Virus record (IMG/VR): IMGVR_UViG_3300037067_007801
Span: 1 to 64,000 of that record
Origin: a virus
Lineage: Duplodnaviria; Caudoviricetes
Strand: one strand, 5' to 3'
Length of the DNA stretch: 64,000 nt
A program made the position numbers and the translations under genes. Positions 1 to 9,286 of this stretch are shown piece by piece. Numbering within the stretch: the stretch's first letter is position 1; every line of letters begins with the position of its first letter. A model generated the notes under the pieces. That model searched no databases. It was not told where the DNA came from and worked only from the letters and a program-made list of their open reading frames with translations.

Positions 1-212
1 AAGGCCTCGTTCCCGAAGCTGAGCACGGTGGGCGGCTATCTCTATTGCAGCGGCGCGGACACGAAGTGCTCGTTCCCGAAGCTGAGCACGGTGGGCGGCT
101 ATCTCTATTGCAGCGGCGCGGACACGAAGGCCTCGTTCCCGAAGCTGAGCACGGTGGGCGGCGGGCTCTATTGCAGCGGCGCGGACACGAAGGCCTCGTT
201 CCCGAAGCTGAG
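1..212 (+). repeat. 63-bp tandem repeat, about 3.3 copies visible
   Basis: Units start at 1, 64, 127 and 190 (aaggcctcgttcccgaagctgag...). Confidence 0.95.
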
Positions 213-702
213 AAAGAAAGAATGCGGTGATGTCGGTGCCCGCACCAGAGTTGGCCGAGCGTTCCTCCGCAAAGGCTTCCTGTTTGCGGACAGCATTCTG
301 TCTGAGATCGTGAGCACTCGAGATCTGCGCGGTGTGGCGAAAGTCCACAGCATCCGAGTCGTCGGGAAGACGAAGGTCACATATTGCATCGAGTCCGACG
401 GCACGTACTCACACGGTGACACCATCAAGGAGGCGCGTGAGTCGCTGTTGTACAAGGTCAGCCAGCGCGACAAGAGCGTGTACGTCGGGTGGAAGCTGGA
501 CCGCAAGATCACGGGCAAGGAAGCCATCGCGAGTTATCGGGTGATAACCGGGGCGTGCGAGGCGGGTGTCCGAGCATTCGTGCAGGGACAGGGCGGCTTG
601 AAGTCGCGGTACACCGTGCAGGAAGTCATCAACCTCACGCGAGGGCAGTACGGGAACAAAGAATACGAGTCATTCTTTGCTGCGGGGCGGAAGGATGGGT
701 GA
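1..702 (+). CDS. Phage protein with 21-aa LRR-like tandem repeats (5' truncated by window)
   Basis: Frame open from base 1; repeats of GGYLYCSGADTKASFPKLSTV followed by a non-repetitive C-terminal domain. Confidence 0.75.
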   Translation, partial: KASFPKLSTVGGYLYCSGADTKCSFPKLSTVGGYLYCSGADTKASFPKLSTVGGGLYCSGADTKASFPKLRKKECGDVGARTRVGRAFLRKGFLFADSILSEIVSTRDLRGVAKVHSIRVVGKTKVTYCIESDGTYSHGDTIKEARESLLYKVSQRDKSVYVGWKLDRKITGKEAIASYRVITGACEAGVRAFVQGQGGLKSRYTVQEVINLTRGQYGNKEYESFFAAGRKDG

Positions 703-703
703 G

Positions 704-1837
704 ATGGACACGAAACAGTCACAGGCCAGCTTGTCCGATCAGTTGCAAGCGCTCGGACGTCTCGCCATCGGTGCCGGGTTGTACGATGCGGACGACTATC
801 TGATTTCGATCAAGCGCGAGATCGCAGCTCTCACCGCCTCGCTCGCGGCCGAAAGGGAGCGGGCGGAAGACTACCGGCTCCATGCGGACGAACTCTGCAC
901 CGAGCGAGACGCCGCCGTTGCGAGAGCGGAAAGCCTCGACGTGCAACTACAAGAGGTGCAGGCCGACTACGGGGAACTGGACGGAAAGCTGTTTGCCAAG
1001 GTGGAGCGCGCGGATATGGCGGAAAAGGATCTCAAAACCAATGACATCGTAGCTGCCATGTTCATCGTCGAACGTGACCGCGCCCTCGCCAAGCTCAAGT
1101 TGGCCGAGGAAAAGGCGAGCGACATCGAGTCCGACTACGACGACCTGCATGAAGTTGTCGAGACGTTGCGCGCGGACATCGATGAGCACCTGCCGACCTA
1201 CGTTCTCGACGACGGCACGGACGAAGAAGCCAACTATCGCGAGCGCATCGAGTTCGCCGGTGACGACATCAGGCGCTTAGAGCACGAGTTGCGCCTGTCG
1301 CACGAATTCGCCGAGAGATCGATTACACGCGCGAAGGAAAGCGAAGACGCCGCCCTCGCCTCGCTCGCGGCTGCGGAGGCGGAGCGGGATAGGGCCGTGG
1401 CGAAGGTGCGCGAAGCCGTTCGAATCGCTGGTGAGAAATTGCGCGGCAAGGACATCACCGAACAAGAGGTGAACTCTGTGGCCGACCTCATTATGCGCGA
1501 GGAGCACTGCATCGGATGGATGACGACAGATGAAATGGAGGCGGCACAAGCCGACGTTCAGATACGAGACGACCAGATAGAGGACCTGACGCGCAAGCTC
1601 GCCGCCGCTCGCGAGGATGCGGTCAAGGAACGCGGAGAGGATACGAAGCGTCTGGATTGGCTGTTGTCGTTCGCTATCGTTGAGGACGTTGGTGACGAAC
1701 AATGCGTTCCAGGTGTGAGATTCAGAATTGAAGACATGGAGGGCGAACTCTGCGGCCCATCCCTAGAGTGGACACCGCGACAATTCATCGATGCGGCGCT
1801 CGCACGTATTATCAAGGGAAGCAAGAACAATGGCTAA
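704..1837 (+). CDS. Acidic coiled-coil hypothetical protein
   Basis: Long ORF rich in E/A/L/R; start coupled to the upstream stop. Confidence 0.7.
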   Translation: MDTKQSQASLSDQLQALGRLAIGAGLYDADDYLISIKREIAALTASLAAERERAEDYRLHADELCTERDAAVARAESLDVQLQEVQADYGELDGKLFAKVERADMAEKDLKTNDIVAAMFIVERDRALAKLKLAEEKASDIESDYDDLHEVVETLRADIDEHLPTYVLDDGTDEEANYRERIEFAGDDIRRLEHELRLSHEFAERSITRAKESEDAALASLAAAEAERDRAVAKVREAVRIAGEKLRGKDITEQEVNSVADLIMREEHCIGWMTTDEMEAAQADVQIRDDQIEDLTRKLAAAREDAVKERGEDTKRLDWLLSFAIVEDVGDEQCVPGVRFRIEDMEGELCGPSLEWTPRQFIDAALARIIKGSKNNG

Positions 1838-2429
1838 ATGGAAGCGACCGACGATGGAACTAGAAGAGTTAGTTTCCATGTTCACCAATTTTGAGTCATC
1901 GGGGTTCACTCCTGGGAAGAACCCCTATCTGACCGTTGACGACATTGCGTATATTGGTTTGACCAAAGGGCATGTTTGCTCGATTTATATTATTGATTTT
2001 CCGATGGTGTGTGAATATCGATGGAGCATAAAGAAAGACAAAAATACTTTCTATGCCAGAACAAGCATACATAATCCGGACAAAACCTTATTTATGCATC
2101 AGCTAATATTGCCGAATACTCGGATAATAGACCACATCAACAGAAACGGGTTGGACAATAGGAGAAGTAATCTTCGGGTTGCAGATAACGTGATTAACGG
2201 ACTCAATGGCAACATCCGCAAAAACAACACATCTGGTTTCTCTGGAGTTTCGTTTCACATTGGAGATAACAACAAGAAAAATCCGTGGACTGCCAGACTG
2301 AAGATCCGCAGGAAAGATGAATATCTCGGATGCTACGCTACACCGGAAGAAGCTAGCGTGGTTGTCGAGAAGCGGCGCGCGGAAGTTATTGCCGAACGCC
2401 TGGCCTCGCGAAAGGAGCACGGCAAATGA
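1830..2429 (+). CDS. HNH endonuclease with AP2-like C-terminal domain
   Basis: DHINRNGLDNRRSNLR motif, then NNTSGFSGVS...YLGCY; visibly AT-richer than neighbours. Confidence 0.85.
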   Translation: MAKWKRPTMELEELVSMFTNFESSGFTPGKNPYLTVDDIAYIGLTKGHVCSIYIIDFPMVCEYRWSIKKDKNTFYARTSIHNPDKTLFMHQLILPNTRIIDHINRNGLDNRRSNLRVADNVINGLNGNIRKNNTSGFSGVSFHIGDNNKKNPWTARLKIRRKDEYLGCYATPEEASVVVEKRRAEVIAERLASRKEHGK

Positions 2430-2719
2430 AGTACGAGAAGCCCAAGGGAAGGCGTCTGAAGCGATACTTCATGTCGGTATGCCCGACAGAGGATTCTCCG
2501 GTGACATGGTGGGATCATGTCGAAAGAAGGTGGGTGAAAGACCTCCCGAAAGACCACGACGCATCGACGGATTGCACCTGTCGGACAGTGCGGGCATTTT
2601 GTGGTCATCTTCGCAGACATCCCGAGTTAGACAATCGGGCTGTGCTGATATCTCGATATGTGGGCTACGATGTCTATTCCGGCGGATATTTGGCGGCGAA
2701 GGAGCACCCCCATGACTGA
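2426..2719 (+). CDS. Hypothetical protein
   Basis: Overlapping start/stop with both neighbours. Confidence 0.6.
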   Translation: MKYEKPKGRRLKRYFMSVCPTEDSPVTWWDHVERRWVKDLPKDHDASTDCTCRTVRAFCGHLRRHPELDNRAVLISRYVGYDVYSGGYLAAKEHPHD

Positions 2720-2978
2720 CATCCGAGAGCCGACACCGGGCGAGAAAGCCAGAATAGCCGCGCATGAGTGGGAGGAGAAGAACAGCGCGGAACTCGGGGA
2801 AGACTACTTCATTTCGGATCTGGCATACAAGAAGGGCTACATGCAGGGCCACGCCGCCGGTGTGGCCGACGGAGCGAGGGCGTTCGGCGAGTGGTGCGAC
2901 CAGTTTGAGGCGCAGGATTGCCCATACGAGGCTATGGAGCAACTCGCCGCCTTCCTCGCTGATAAAGCCCAAAGGTAG
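2712..2978 (+). CDS. Hypothetical protein
   Basis: GGAG RBS, coupled start. Confidence 0.55.
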   Translation: MTDIREPTPGEKARIAAHEWEEKNSAELGEDYFISDLAYKKGYMQGHAAGVADGARAFGEWCDQFEAQDCPYEAMEQLAAFLADKAQR

Positions 2979-2984
2979 GAAACA

Positions 2985-3611
2985 ATGGTGCACGGAAATA
3001 GAAAAGGTCTGAGAACAAGGAAAATGTTGACGATGGGGGACGCCAAGTTTCGCGAGTTAATTCCCCTGTGTGACAATTATGGAGTCACCATTGGTAGAAA
3101 CCATTTTGCGATCAAAGGAACCATCGCCTACATCGGCCTAACACAAGGCAGAGTATGCCTTATAGATGCCGCGGATTTGGTACTGATAGAAGACAAAAGA
3201 TGGTATGCCCATAAGGATAAAAACACCTACTACGCGAATTCCAGAAACAACGGGGATACCTTGGTTATGCACAGACTTATTTGTCCGGACTATCGGATGA
3301 TTGATCATGGCAATCGAAATGGATTAGACAATCGACGAGAAAATCTCAGAAACACTAATCACTCGCTGAATGGTCTTAATCGGAAAATGCAGAAGAACAA
3401 TACCTCCGGGTATCAAGGTGTCGTTAAAAGTGGAAATGGTTGGAGAGCGCAGACAAGGGTGCTCGGGAAACACACCAACATTGGTTTTTATGAAACGGCC
3501 GAAGAAGCGCACGAGGCTTTCGTTCGATTCAATCTGTCCCGCCCCGCACCGGGCACGGGACTTGCGAAAGAGAACGATATGAAAGGGGACAACAATGGCA
3601 AGGTATCCTGA
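2985..3611 (+). CDS. HNH endonuclease with AP2-like domain (paralog of 1830-2429)
   Basis: DHGNRNGLDNRRENLR, NNTSGYQGV; shares IAYIGLT.G and KDKNT.YA with the first copy. Confidence 0.85.
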   Translation: MVHGNRKGLRTRKMLTMGDAKFRELIPLCDNYGVTIGRNHFAIKGTIAYIGLTQGRVCLIDAADLVLIEDKRWYAHKDKNTYYANSRNNGDTLVMHRLICPDYRMIDHGNRNGLDNRRENLRNTNHSLNGLNRKMQKNNTSGYQGVVKSGNGWRAQTRVLGKHTNIGFYETAEEAHEAFVRFNLSRPAPGTGLAKENDMKGDNNGKVS

Positions 3612-3939
3612 CGAATGGTACGAGGAGTTGGACCCGCTAATCCGCCCCCCGGTGCGATTGCTGCACGACCACAACATCGAGACGGTGCAGTGCTGTCAGG
3701 GTGGGCCGGGACATTCCTACGAGTATCCGACCATCGAACTGACGACCAGCGGGCTAGACGCCAACGGGTTCATAGCCCTGGCGATTCTTGAGGAGAACGG
3801 ATACCGGGTTAGCCGCGTATCGATCTGCTGGAATGTGCAACGCGGACTACCGACGGAACGCTTTTGGCAGGTAGAACTTTTACCTCTGGAAGGCACGACG
3901 CTTGCAGAGGCAGAGGGACAGAAAGAGGAGGGAGCATGA
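3595..3939 (+). CDS. Hypothetical protein
   Basis: Coupled ORF in operon. Confidence 0.6.
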   Translation: MARYPDEWYEELDPLIRPPVRLLHDHNIETVQCCQGGPGHSYEYPTIELTTSGLDANGFIALAILEENGYRVSRVSICWNVQRGLPTERFWQVELLPLEGTTLAEAEGQKEEGA

Positions 3940-4691
3940 TACGGTATTTCGATTACGATCATATGGACGGAATTTCATTCCACAAGACTGCGGACGAGGC
4001 CCGCTCCGAGGCTGAGGCGACGTTAGAGGAAGAGGCGGACAACGCCGCCGACGACGGGTGGAGCGAAAACGTCGATGACATCTGTTGGGGTGTCGTCCTT
4101 GGTAGCGCCGAGCGGACATCGTGCGAGAAGTCGGACGATGGGCGGTTCGATGAAATCGTTTCGTACGCCATCCGCGACGATGACGATCCTCGTGTTGCCC
4201 CCGCCCCGCCGCTGTCCGATGCGAGGGTCGAGCTGGGAGCAGCGGTTTTGCGACGGCATGGCAACCTCCCCGCTACTGACTTGGCCCGCGCCGTCCTCGC
4301 CGCCGCCGACGCGCCAACTACCAATCCCGCGCCGGTTAGTAGCTCGTTAGTAGTTCGAGACTTTCCAGATGGGCTCGTGCGCGAATCCGTCCGGTGGTTT
4401 GCCGAGCACATGGAGCGGAAGCTCCGCGAGCATGATGACCGGCCCGGCTGGATCGGTTGCGATGCCGACTGGCTCCTCGAACGAATGAAAGAGGAGCGCA
4501 AGGAACTGACAGCGGCGCTCAGACAACTCGCGGCGTCCGACGGCGATGCGAGAACCAACGTGCTCGTACTACGCGTCATCAACGAAGCCGCCGACGTCGC
4601 GAATTTCGCCATGATGATTGCGGACAACGCGCGGGAATGTTTGCCTCCGTTGCCGGTGCCCGCGAAGACGGGGGAGGAGGAGGGGAGATGA
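3936..4691 (+). CDS. Protein with C-terminal MazG-like NTP pyrophosphohydrolase domain
   Basis: KEERKEL...NEAADVANFAMMIAD acidic helical motif. Confidence 0.55.
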   Translation: MIRYFDYDHMDGISFHKTADEARSEAEATLEEEADNAADDGWSENVDDICWGVVLGSAERTSCEKSDDGRFDEIVSYAIRDDDDPRVAPAPPLSDARVELGAAVLRRHGNLPATDLARAVLAAADAPTTNPAPVSSSLVVRDFPDGLVRESVRWFAEHMERKLREHDDRPGWIGCDADWLLERMKEERKELTAALRQLAASDGDARTNVLVLRVINEAADVANFAMMIADNARECLPPLPVPAKTGEEEGR

Positions 4692-4888
4692 CGCGGAAAA
4701 TGAAGCCGCTGACAACGTGCGCGAACGGTTGCGGAGTGCCGCCGCACCCTCCGTCGCTGGTAATCTGCCGGGCGTGTCAGGACAAGATAACCGAAGCATT
4801 GGAACGGGCCGTCGCGCACCTAGACGCAAACGGGCGCTTCGCCCCGCTGGAAGTCGTTGTGAAGATGGAGAAAGGAAAAGCGCCATGA
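4688..4888 (+). CDS. Small Cys-containing hypothetical protein
   Basis: RBS, coupled; CxxxC and CxxC. Confidence 0.5.
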   Translation: MTRKMKPLTTCANGCGVPPHPPSLVICRACQDKITEALERAVAHLDANGRFAPLEVVVKMEKGKAP

Positions 4889-5172
4889 CCACCCAGAAGT
4901 TCGAGGAGTTGCTGGATGCGTTCGAGAATGCTGTCACGGACCTGGACAGCGAACCGTGTCTCAGCACGTCCTATCGAGGGTACGCCAAAACGAAACGCGC
5001 CGCCTATGACGCCCTCCTCGCCCACGTCGAAGCCCTACGCGCGCAGCGGGACGCGGCGATCGAATACCTCGAAGCATGGGAGCGAACTAACCCGGAACCA
5101 AATTGGAGACGTGGCGACTTGGTCGCAATACTGAGTGGTACACCGCAGAGAACAGGACAGCTGCATGACTAA
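4885..5172 (+). CDS. Hypothetical protein
   Basis: Coupled ORF. Confidence 0.55.
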   Translation: MTTQKFEELLDAFENAVTDLDSEPCLSTSYRGYAKTKRAAYDALLAHVEALRAQRDAAIEYLEAWERTNPEPNWRRGDLVAILSGTPQRTGQLHD

Positions 5173-5722
5173 TACGAAGATCGCGCCCCGCATCGTGGAC
5201 GGGGAGATATGGAAGCCGATTCTCGGTCGCGATGGCTACGATGTTAGTAACGCTGGCAGGGTGCGATCATGGTGGGGGAAAAACGGGGTTAAGAATCGCT
5301 CCCCGCGAATCAAGCATCTCTCAGAAGATCGTGATGGCTATCTGGTTGTATCCTTGTATCGACCACAACACAGAAGGTTCAGAGTCCACAGGTTGGTTGC
5401 GTCAATGTTCATCGGTCAGTCTAGTGAAATAGTGCATCACAAAGATGGAAACCGGAAAAACAATTGCGTGGACAATCTGGAATACACAACCAACAGGGTC
5501 AATGTAACTCGCGGCATTGGTGGTCGTGGTTCGTCATCCTTCATCGGAGTTTCGTGGTGTTCTCGAAGAAAAAAGTGGGGTTCTTCCATCCGAATTAACA
5601 ACCGAACAGTAATGCTTGGATACTACGACACAGAGGTGGACGCCGCAGAAGCATATAGGAAGAAACTGGAAGAAGTAGGAGAGAATAACATTCTCAGGAT
5701 AGACAGGAGACATGGTGTCTGA
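5165..5722 (+). CDS. NUMOD4-HNH-AP2 homing endonuclease
   Basis: EIWKPI...YDVSNAGRVRS (NUMOD4); RVHRLVA...VHHKDGNRKNNCVDNLE (HNH). Confidence 0.88.
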   Translation: MTNTKIAPRIVDGEIWKPILGRDGYDVSNAGRVRSWWGKNGVKNRSPRIKHLSEDRDGYLVVSLYRPQHRRFRVHRLVASMFIGQSSEIVHHKDGNRKNNCVDNLEYTTNRVNVTRGIGGRGSSSFIGVSWCSRRKKWGSSIRINNRTVMLGYYDTEVDAAEAYRKKLEEVGENNILRIDRRHGV

Positions 5723-6023
5723 AATTAAACCGAGAATAGTTGACAATGAGCCGGTGTGCTCGGTGAATGAATGCCCATCGTGCAAGTTTTACGGCGGGAC
5801 AGGGATGGGGGCATATTCGTGTTCGCATCCCGACGGCGCACCGTGGGAAGGCCATCCCTGCATCCCCGGCCTCCGCGCGCAGCGTGACGCGCTACAGGCA
5901 GAGCGGGACGCGGCAAGGCGGGAGTTGTGTGAGTGGTCGCAGTCCTTCCCGGTAGATGTCGACCAATCGGGATACGCCGCCTCTCGCGGCTGGTCGTATC
6001 TCTACGAGGAGAAGAAATCATGA
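5712..6023 (+). CDS. Hypothetical Cys-rich protein
   Basis: Coupled to the HNH stop; AT-rich first 13 codons then GC-rich. Confidence 0.6.
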   Translation: MVSEIKPRIVDNEPVCSVNECPSCKFYGGTGMGAYSCSHPDGAPWEGHPCIPGLRAQRDALQAERDAARRELCEWSQSFPVDVDQSGYAASRGWSYLYEEKKS

Positions 6024-6169
6024 CATGCATCGAACGCACCATCTTCGCCATCATCTGCGTCCTCATGGCCGCGCTCGTTGGCTATCACTTCCTCGGCTGC
6101 TCCCCGGTGGCCCGCAGCGTGCCGCCGATCACTTCGAAAGTGGTTGACAGTTACCTCAATATGATGTAG
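6020..6169 (+). pseudogene. Orphaned lipoprotein N-terminus (signal peptide plus FLGC lipobox-like motif)
   Basis: FLGCSPVARSVPPITS parallels TFGCSPRAHGVAPISS in the gene at 7313; stops soon after. Confidence 0.55.
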
Positions 6170-6172
6170 TAT
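6144..6172 (+). promoter_or_regulatory. sigma70 promoter, probably leaderless
   Basis: TTGACA(6144)-17 bp-TAGTAT(6167); ATG 6 nt downstream. Confidence 0.75.
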
Positions 6173-6178
6173 TACCGT

Positions 6179-6322
6179 ATGAAAAAAGACCACAGACTCC
6201 AGATTCAGTTCGATGCCGAGATGGCCGCGTGGCTCAAGCGCGAGGCGGAGCGAAGGCGGTGCAGCATCGCTCACGTCGTGCGGGACCTAGTGCTTGCAGC
6301 GATGGAGATTCCGCGTGGCTGA
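6179..6322 (+). CDS. Ribbon-helix-helix (CopG-like) protein, 47 aa, not in ORF track
   Basis: MKKDHRLQIQFDAEMAAWLKREAERRRCSIAHVVRDLVLAAMEIPRG: strand-helix-helix pattern. Confidence 0.65.
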   Translation: MKKDHRLQIQFDAEMAAWLKREAERRRCSIAHVVRDLVLAAMEIPRG

Positions 6323-7316
6323 GAGGGTGTACAAGACGAGCGAGGCGCAGCGCGAGTGCTGTCGAAGGTATCGCCAATCGCACAGAGAAGAAGTGCTAGA
6401 ACGTGAACGCAAGCGACGTTCTGACAATCCGGAGAAATATCGAGAGGCCGCGCGGAGGAGAAGAACTGATCATCCAGATGCGTGTCGCGCAGCCAAGAAA
6501 AAATATCGGTCCACCCACACCGAGAAGGTGCGAGACGCAGACCGCGAAAGTAACCGCAAGAGGCGCGCTGCAAATCCTGAAGCGGATCGGGAACGCTCCC
6601 GCAAATACCGGATCACTCATCATGAAGAGCGTCTCACTTACAACAGAAAGTATCACGTTGCGCACAAGGAAGAACTGCGCGAACGCGGTCGTGCGTACAA
6701 TGCCACACACAAGGAAGAGCGAAAGGCGTACCTTTCCGCGCATGCGGAAGAACGGCGCCAGCGTTGCCGAGAGTACAACGTCGAGCACAGGGAAGAGAAG
6801 CGCGAGAAGCGGAATGTGTACCGCTTTGCACACAGAGAAGAGGAAAGGGCGCGTGACCGGGCGTACGCCTCCGCGCACAGGGAAGAGCGACAAGCATACC
6901 GCGTTACACACGCTGAACAGGAGCGCAAGCGTAACCTGGCGTGGCGCGCCGCACACCCGGAAAAGCAGCGTGAATACTTACGCCGCCGCCGCGCGACAGA
7001 CCCAAATTTCAAAATGGCGCATATTCTTCGCGTGCGTATATGCTGTGCGCTCAGGGGTCGGGGCACGAAATCGGCACACACCATGAAGTTGATTGGTTGC
7101 TCTATCGCCGATCTTCGCACGCACCTCGAAGCGCAATTCCAACCGGGTATGACCTGGGAGAATCATGGTTGCAGGGGCTGGCACTTAGATCATCTGGTGC
7201 CCTGCGCCGCATGGGACCTTTCCAATCCCGCGCAGCAACGAGCCTGCTTTCACTACACCAATCTTCAACCGCTTTGGGCGGAAGAGAATCTGAAAAAAGG
7301 AAAGAGGCTCACATGA
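6315..7316 (+). CDS. HNH-like endonuclease with N-terminal R/E/H-rich helical repeats
   Basis: C-terminal GMTWENHG..WHLDHLVP...FHYTNLQPLWAEENLKKG; repeats resembling REY..AHREE. Confidence 0.8.
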   Translation: MAERVYKTSEAQRECCRRYRQSHREEVLERERKRRSDNPEKYREAARRRRTDHPDACRAAKKKYRSTHTEKVRDADRESNRKRRAANPEADRERSRKYRITHHEERLTYNRKYHVAHKEELRERGRAYNATHKEERKAYLSAHAEERRQRCREYNVEHREEKREKRNVYRFAHREEERARDRAYASAHREERQAYRVTHAEQERKRNLAWRAAHPEKQREYLRRRRATDPNFKMAHILRVRICCALRGRGTKSAHTMKLIGCSIADLRTHLEAQFQPGMTWENHGCRGWHLDHLVPCAAWDLSNPAQQRACFHYTNLQPLWAEENLKKGKRLT

Positions 7317-7885
7317 TGCGCACCATGAAACGCTACAACGAGGCCGCCTATTTCATCGTCATTTTCGGACCGTTCGCCGTCGCGATTCTCACGCTCATCG
7401 CGGTGGCCGTGCTCCTCACATTTGGTTGCTCCCCGAGAGCGCACGGTGTAGCACCTATTTCAAGCAGTCACTCCGCGCTCACAGCCAGTGATTATGATCT
7501 GGCCGAGACGGAGTTTTCGGGCGGGCTGGCCGCTTTACCGCCGGAACTACAAGAGGCCGCCGATCGGGACTGCCAGCGGCTCTTGAACAAGCGCAACACG
7601 GGCCGCGCCATCGTCTACGGACTCGGCGGTCTGACCGGAGTCGGAGGTATCACCACGCTCATCCCCAAGGACGTGACGGACGAGGAGAAGCGGCGATGGG
7701 ATCTTGGTCTCGGCATCGCCACGCTCGGAACGGCCACGGCGACAACGATCCTTGGCGCGCTCGTTCAGTCCTGGACGGACGAATACGAGCGCCAGTGCGT
7801 GACCGAGACGCCAAGCGTCGCAGATCACCCTGCCAGTGATGAGACGGAGACCGCGACGAACGACGTGGATGGAGGTGCTGAATGA
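7313..7885 (+). CDS. Putative membrane lipoprotein
   Basis: Hydrophobic N-terminus, TFGC lipobox-like motif, two further hydrophobic segments. Confidence 0.6.
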   Translation: MMRTMKRYNEAAYFIVIFGPFAVAILTLIAVAVLLTFGCSPRAHGVAPISSSHSALTASDYDLAETEFSGGLAALPPELQEAADRDCQRLLNKRNTGRAIVYGLGGLTGVGGITTLIPKDVTDEEKRRWDLGLGIATLGTATATTILGALVQSWTDEYERQCVTETPSVADHPASDETETATNDVDGGAE

Positions 7886-8553
7886 AGATCCTGGAGATCG
7901 TGACCGGCTACAACCGGACAGGCATCAATCCGAAGACCGGACGTCCGTGGCAGGATGCGACCGGCGCGTTCTTGCCCGAGGAGAAGGCTTTCAGAAAACT
8001 GCACGGCGGCGGGCGCCTGGAATTCGTCACGCCATCCACGCCCGTCAAGCGTCGTCTCGCAACCGAGGCAGCCATCCGCGGAGAGCCTGGGCTCGACGTA
8101 CTTGCGATTTTCGGCCATGGAACCGCGAGCAGTTTAATTGTGAGTGGCCATGGACTCGCCAACGTGCATGGTCTGGCCGAAGTGATCTGTGCAACGCAGG
8201 AAGCTCGGCTGCCGTACAGCGTGCCGGCCCTCACGGTCGTTCTCTACGCGTGTTCGACTGCCGCGGGCAAGGAAGGGTTCGCCGACAAGCTCGCCGACTT
8301 GGTGCCGTTTGCGAACGTCTGGGCGCATTCGAAAGCGGGGCACTCGACGTGGAATCCTAACACGGAGCTCGCTGGCGGTCCGAATAGAGGCGACCCGATC
8401 GCACGCCCTGGTGACCCGTTGTGGAGGAAATGGCGAGACAGGATGGCCGAGGATCAGTCCTATCGGCTGTCGTTCTGGCTTCCGGCCCATGGTCTGCGTC
8501 GTGCCGAGGCGCTCGAGGCTGTGAGGGCGTCGGTGTCTGGAGGTACGAAGTGA
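7882..8553 (+). CDS. Possible caspase/CHAT-like cysteine peptidase
   Basis: AIFGHG and VLYACSTA: His-Gly and Ala-Cys each after a hydrophobic strand. Confidence 0.4.
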   Translation: MKILEIVTGYNRTGINPKTGRPWQDATGAFLPEEKAFRKLHGGGRLEFVTPSTPVKRRLATEAAIRGEPGLDVLAIFGHGTASSLIVSGHGLANVHGLAEVICATQEARLPYSVPALTVVLYACSTAAGKEGFADKLADLVPFANVWAHSKAGHSTWNPNTELAGGPNRGDPIARPGDPLWRKWRDRMAEDQSYRLSFWLPAHGLRRAEALEAVRASVSGGTK

Positions 8554-9011
8554 AGCGACTTTCATTCAGTGACGACATGATGAGGGCCTTGGCCATGAAG
8601 CCGCCGCAGAAGTCCATGACGCGCCGTCCGATGAAAACGGTCAAGCCTCCGTTCAAGGTCGGTGAGCTCGTGGCGGCGACGTGCGCATTTCGTGCGGTCA
8701 GCGCTCACACGATCTACCGGTTCAATGCGAGTGTCGTGCCTGTGGACGACAAGTGGGCCACCTCCCGCGTCATGCCTGCCGCGCTGGCGCCGTTCGTCCT
8801 GCGGATCACCGACATGAAGTCTGAACCCCTGGGTGAGATTAGACCTAGTGATGCCGTGCGCGAGGGGATGGTCCACTTCAACCCGACAATCGCTGCCACC
8901 GAGGCGTTCGTCCAGATTTGGGAGAAGCTCTACGGGAAAGGATCCTGGGAGCGAGACTACTACAAGCGGATATGGGCGATCGGCTTCGAAATCGCCGAGA
9001 GGAGAATCTGA
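8550..9011 (+). CDS. ASCH/PUA-like domain protein
   Basis: KSMTRRP...PFKVGE...LRITDMKSEPLGEIRPSDAVREG...F..IWEKLYG pattern. Confidence 0.65.
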   Translation: MKRLSFSDDMMRALAMKPPQKSMTRRPMKTVKPPFKVGELVAATCAFRAVSAHTIYRFNASVVPVDDKWATSRVMPAALAPFVLRITDMKSEPLGEIRPSDAVREGMVHFNPTIAATEAFVQIWEKLYGKGSWERDYYKRIWAIGFEIAERRI

Positions 9012-9286
9012 TGTTGAACACATTGGCCCGGTACATCATGCTCGGTGCTGTCGTGTTCTCCTTGCTGCTCGGGCTGTTGAGCGAGGGCTGCCACGACGGA
9101 TGCGACCCGGAAGACACGCGGTGCAAGGGAGCCTCGGTTCAGGAGTGCGCGAGCGATGGCGACTGGTACGAGGTTGAGGATTGCGCCGCGGTCGGACCGG
9201 GCGCGTGGGAGTGCTGTGAGACGGCTCTGATTTGGGAAGGTGCTGAAACGGCGGGCTGCGTTCATGCTGAGGAGTGTGCGGAATGA
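9011..9286 (+). CDS. Small Cys-rich lipoprotein
   Basis: Hydrophobic leader, SEGC, six further Cys. Confidence 0.6.
   Translation: MLNTLARYIMLGAVVFSLLLGLLSEGCHDGCDPEDTRCKGASVQECASDGDWYEVEDCAAVGPGAWECCETALIWEGAETAGCVHAEECAE

Noticed and set aside
1-212. Diversity-generating retroelement TR/VR pair
   Set aside because: No reverse transcriptase in the window, and the differences are not adenine-specific.
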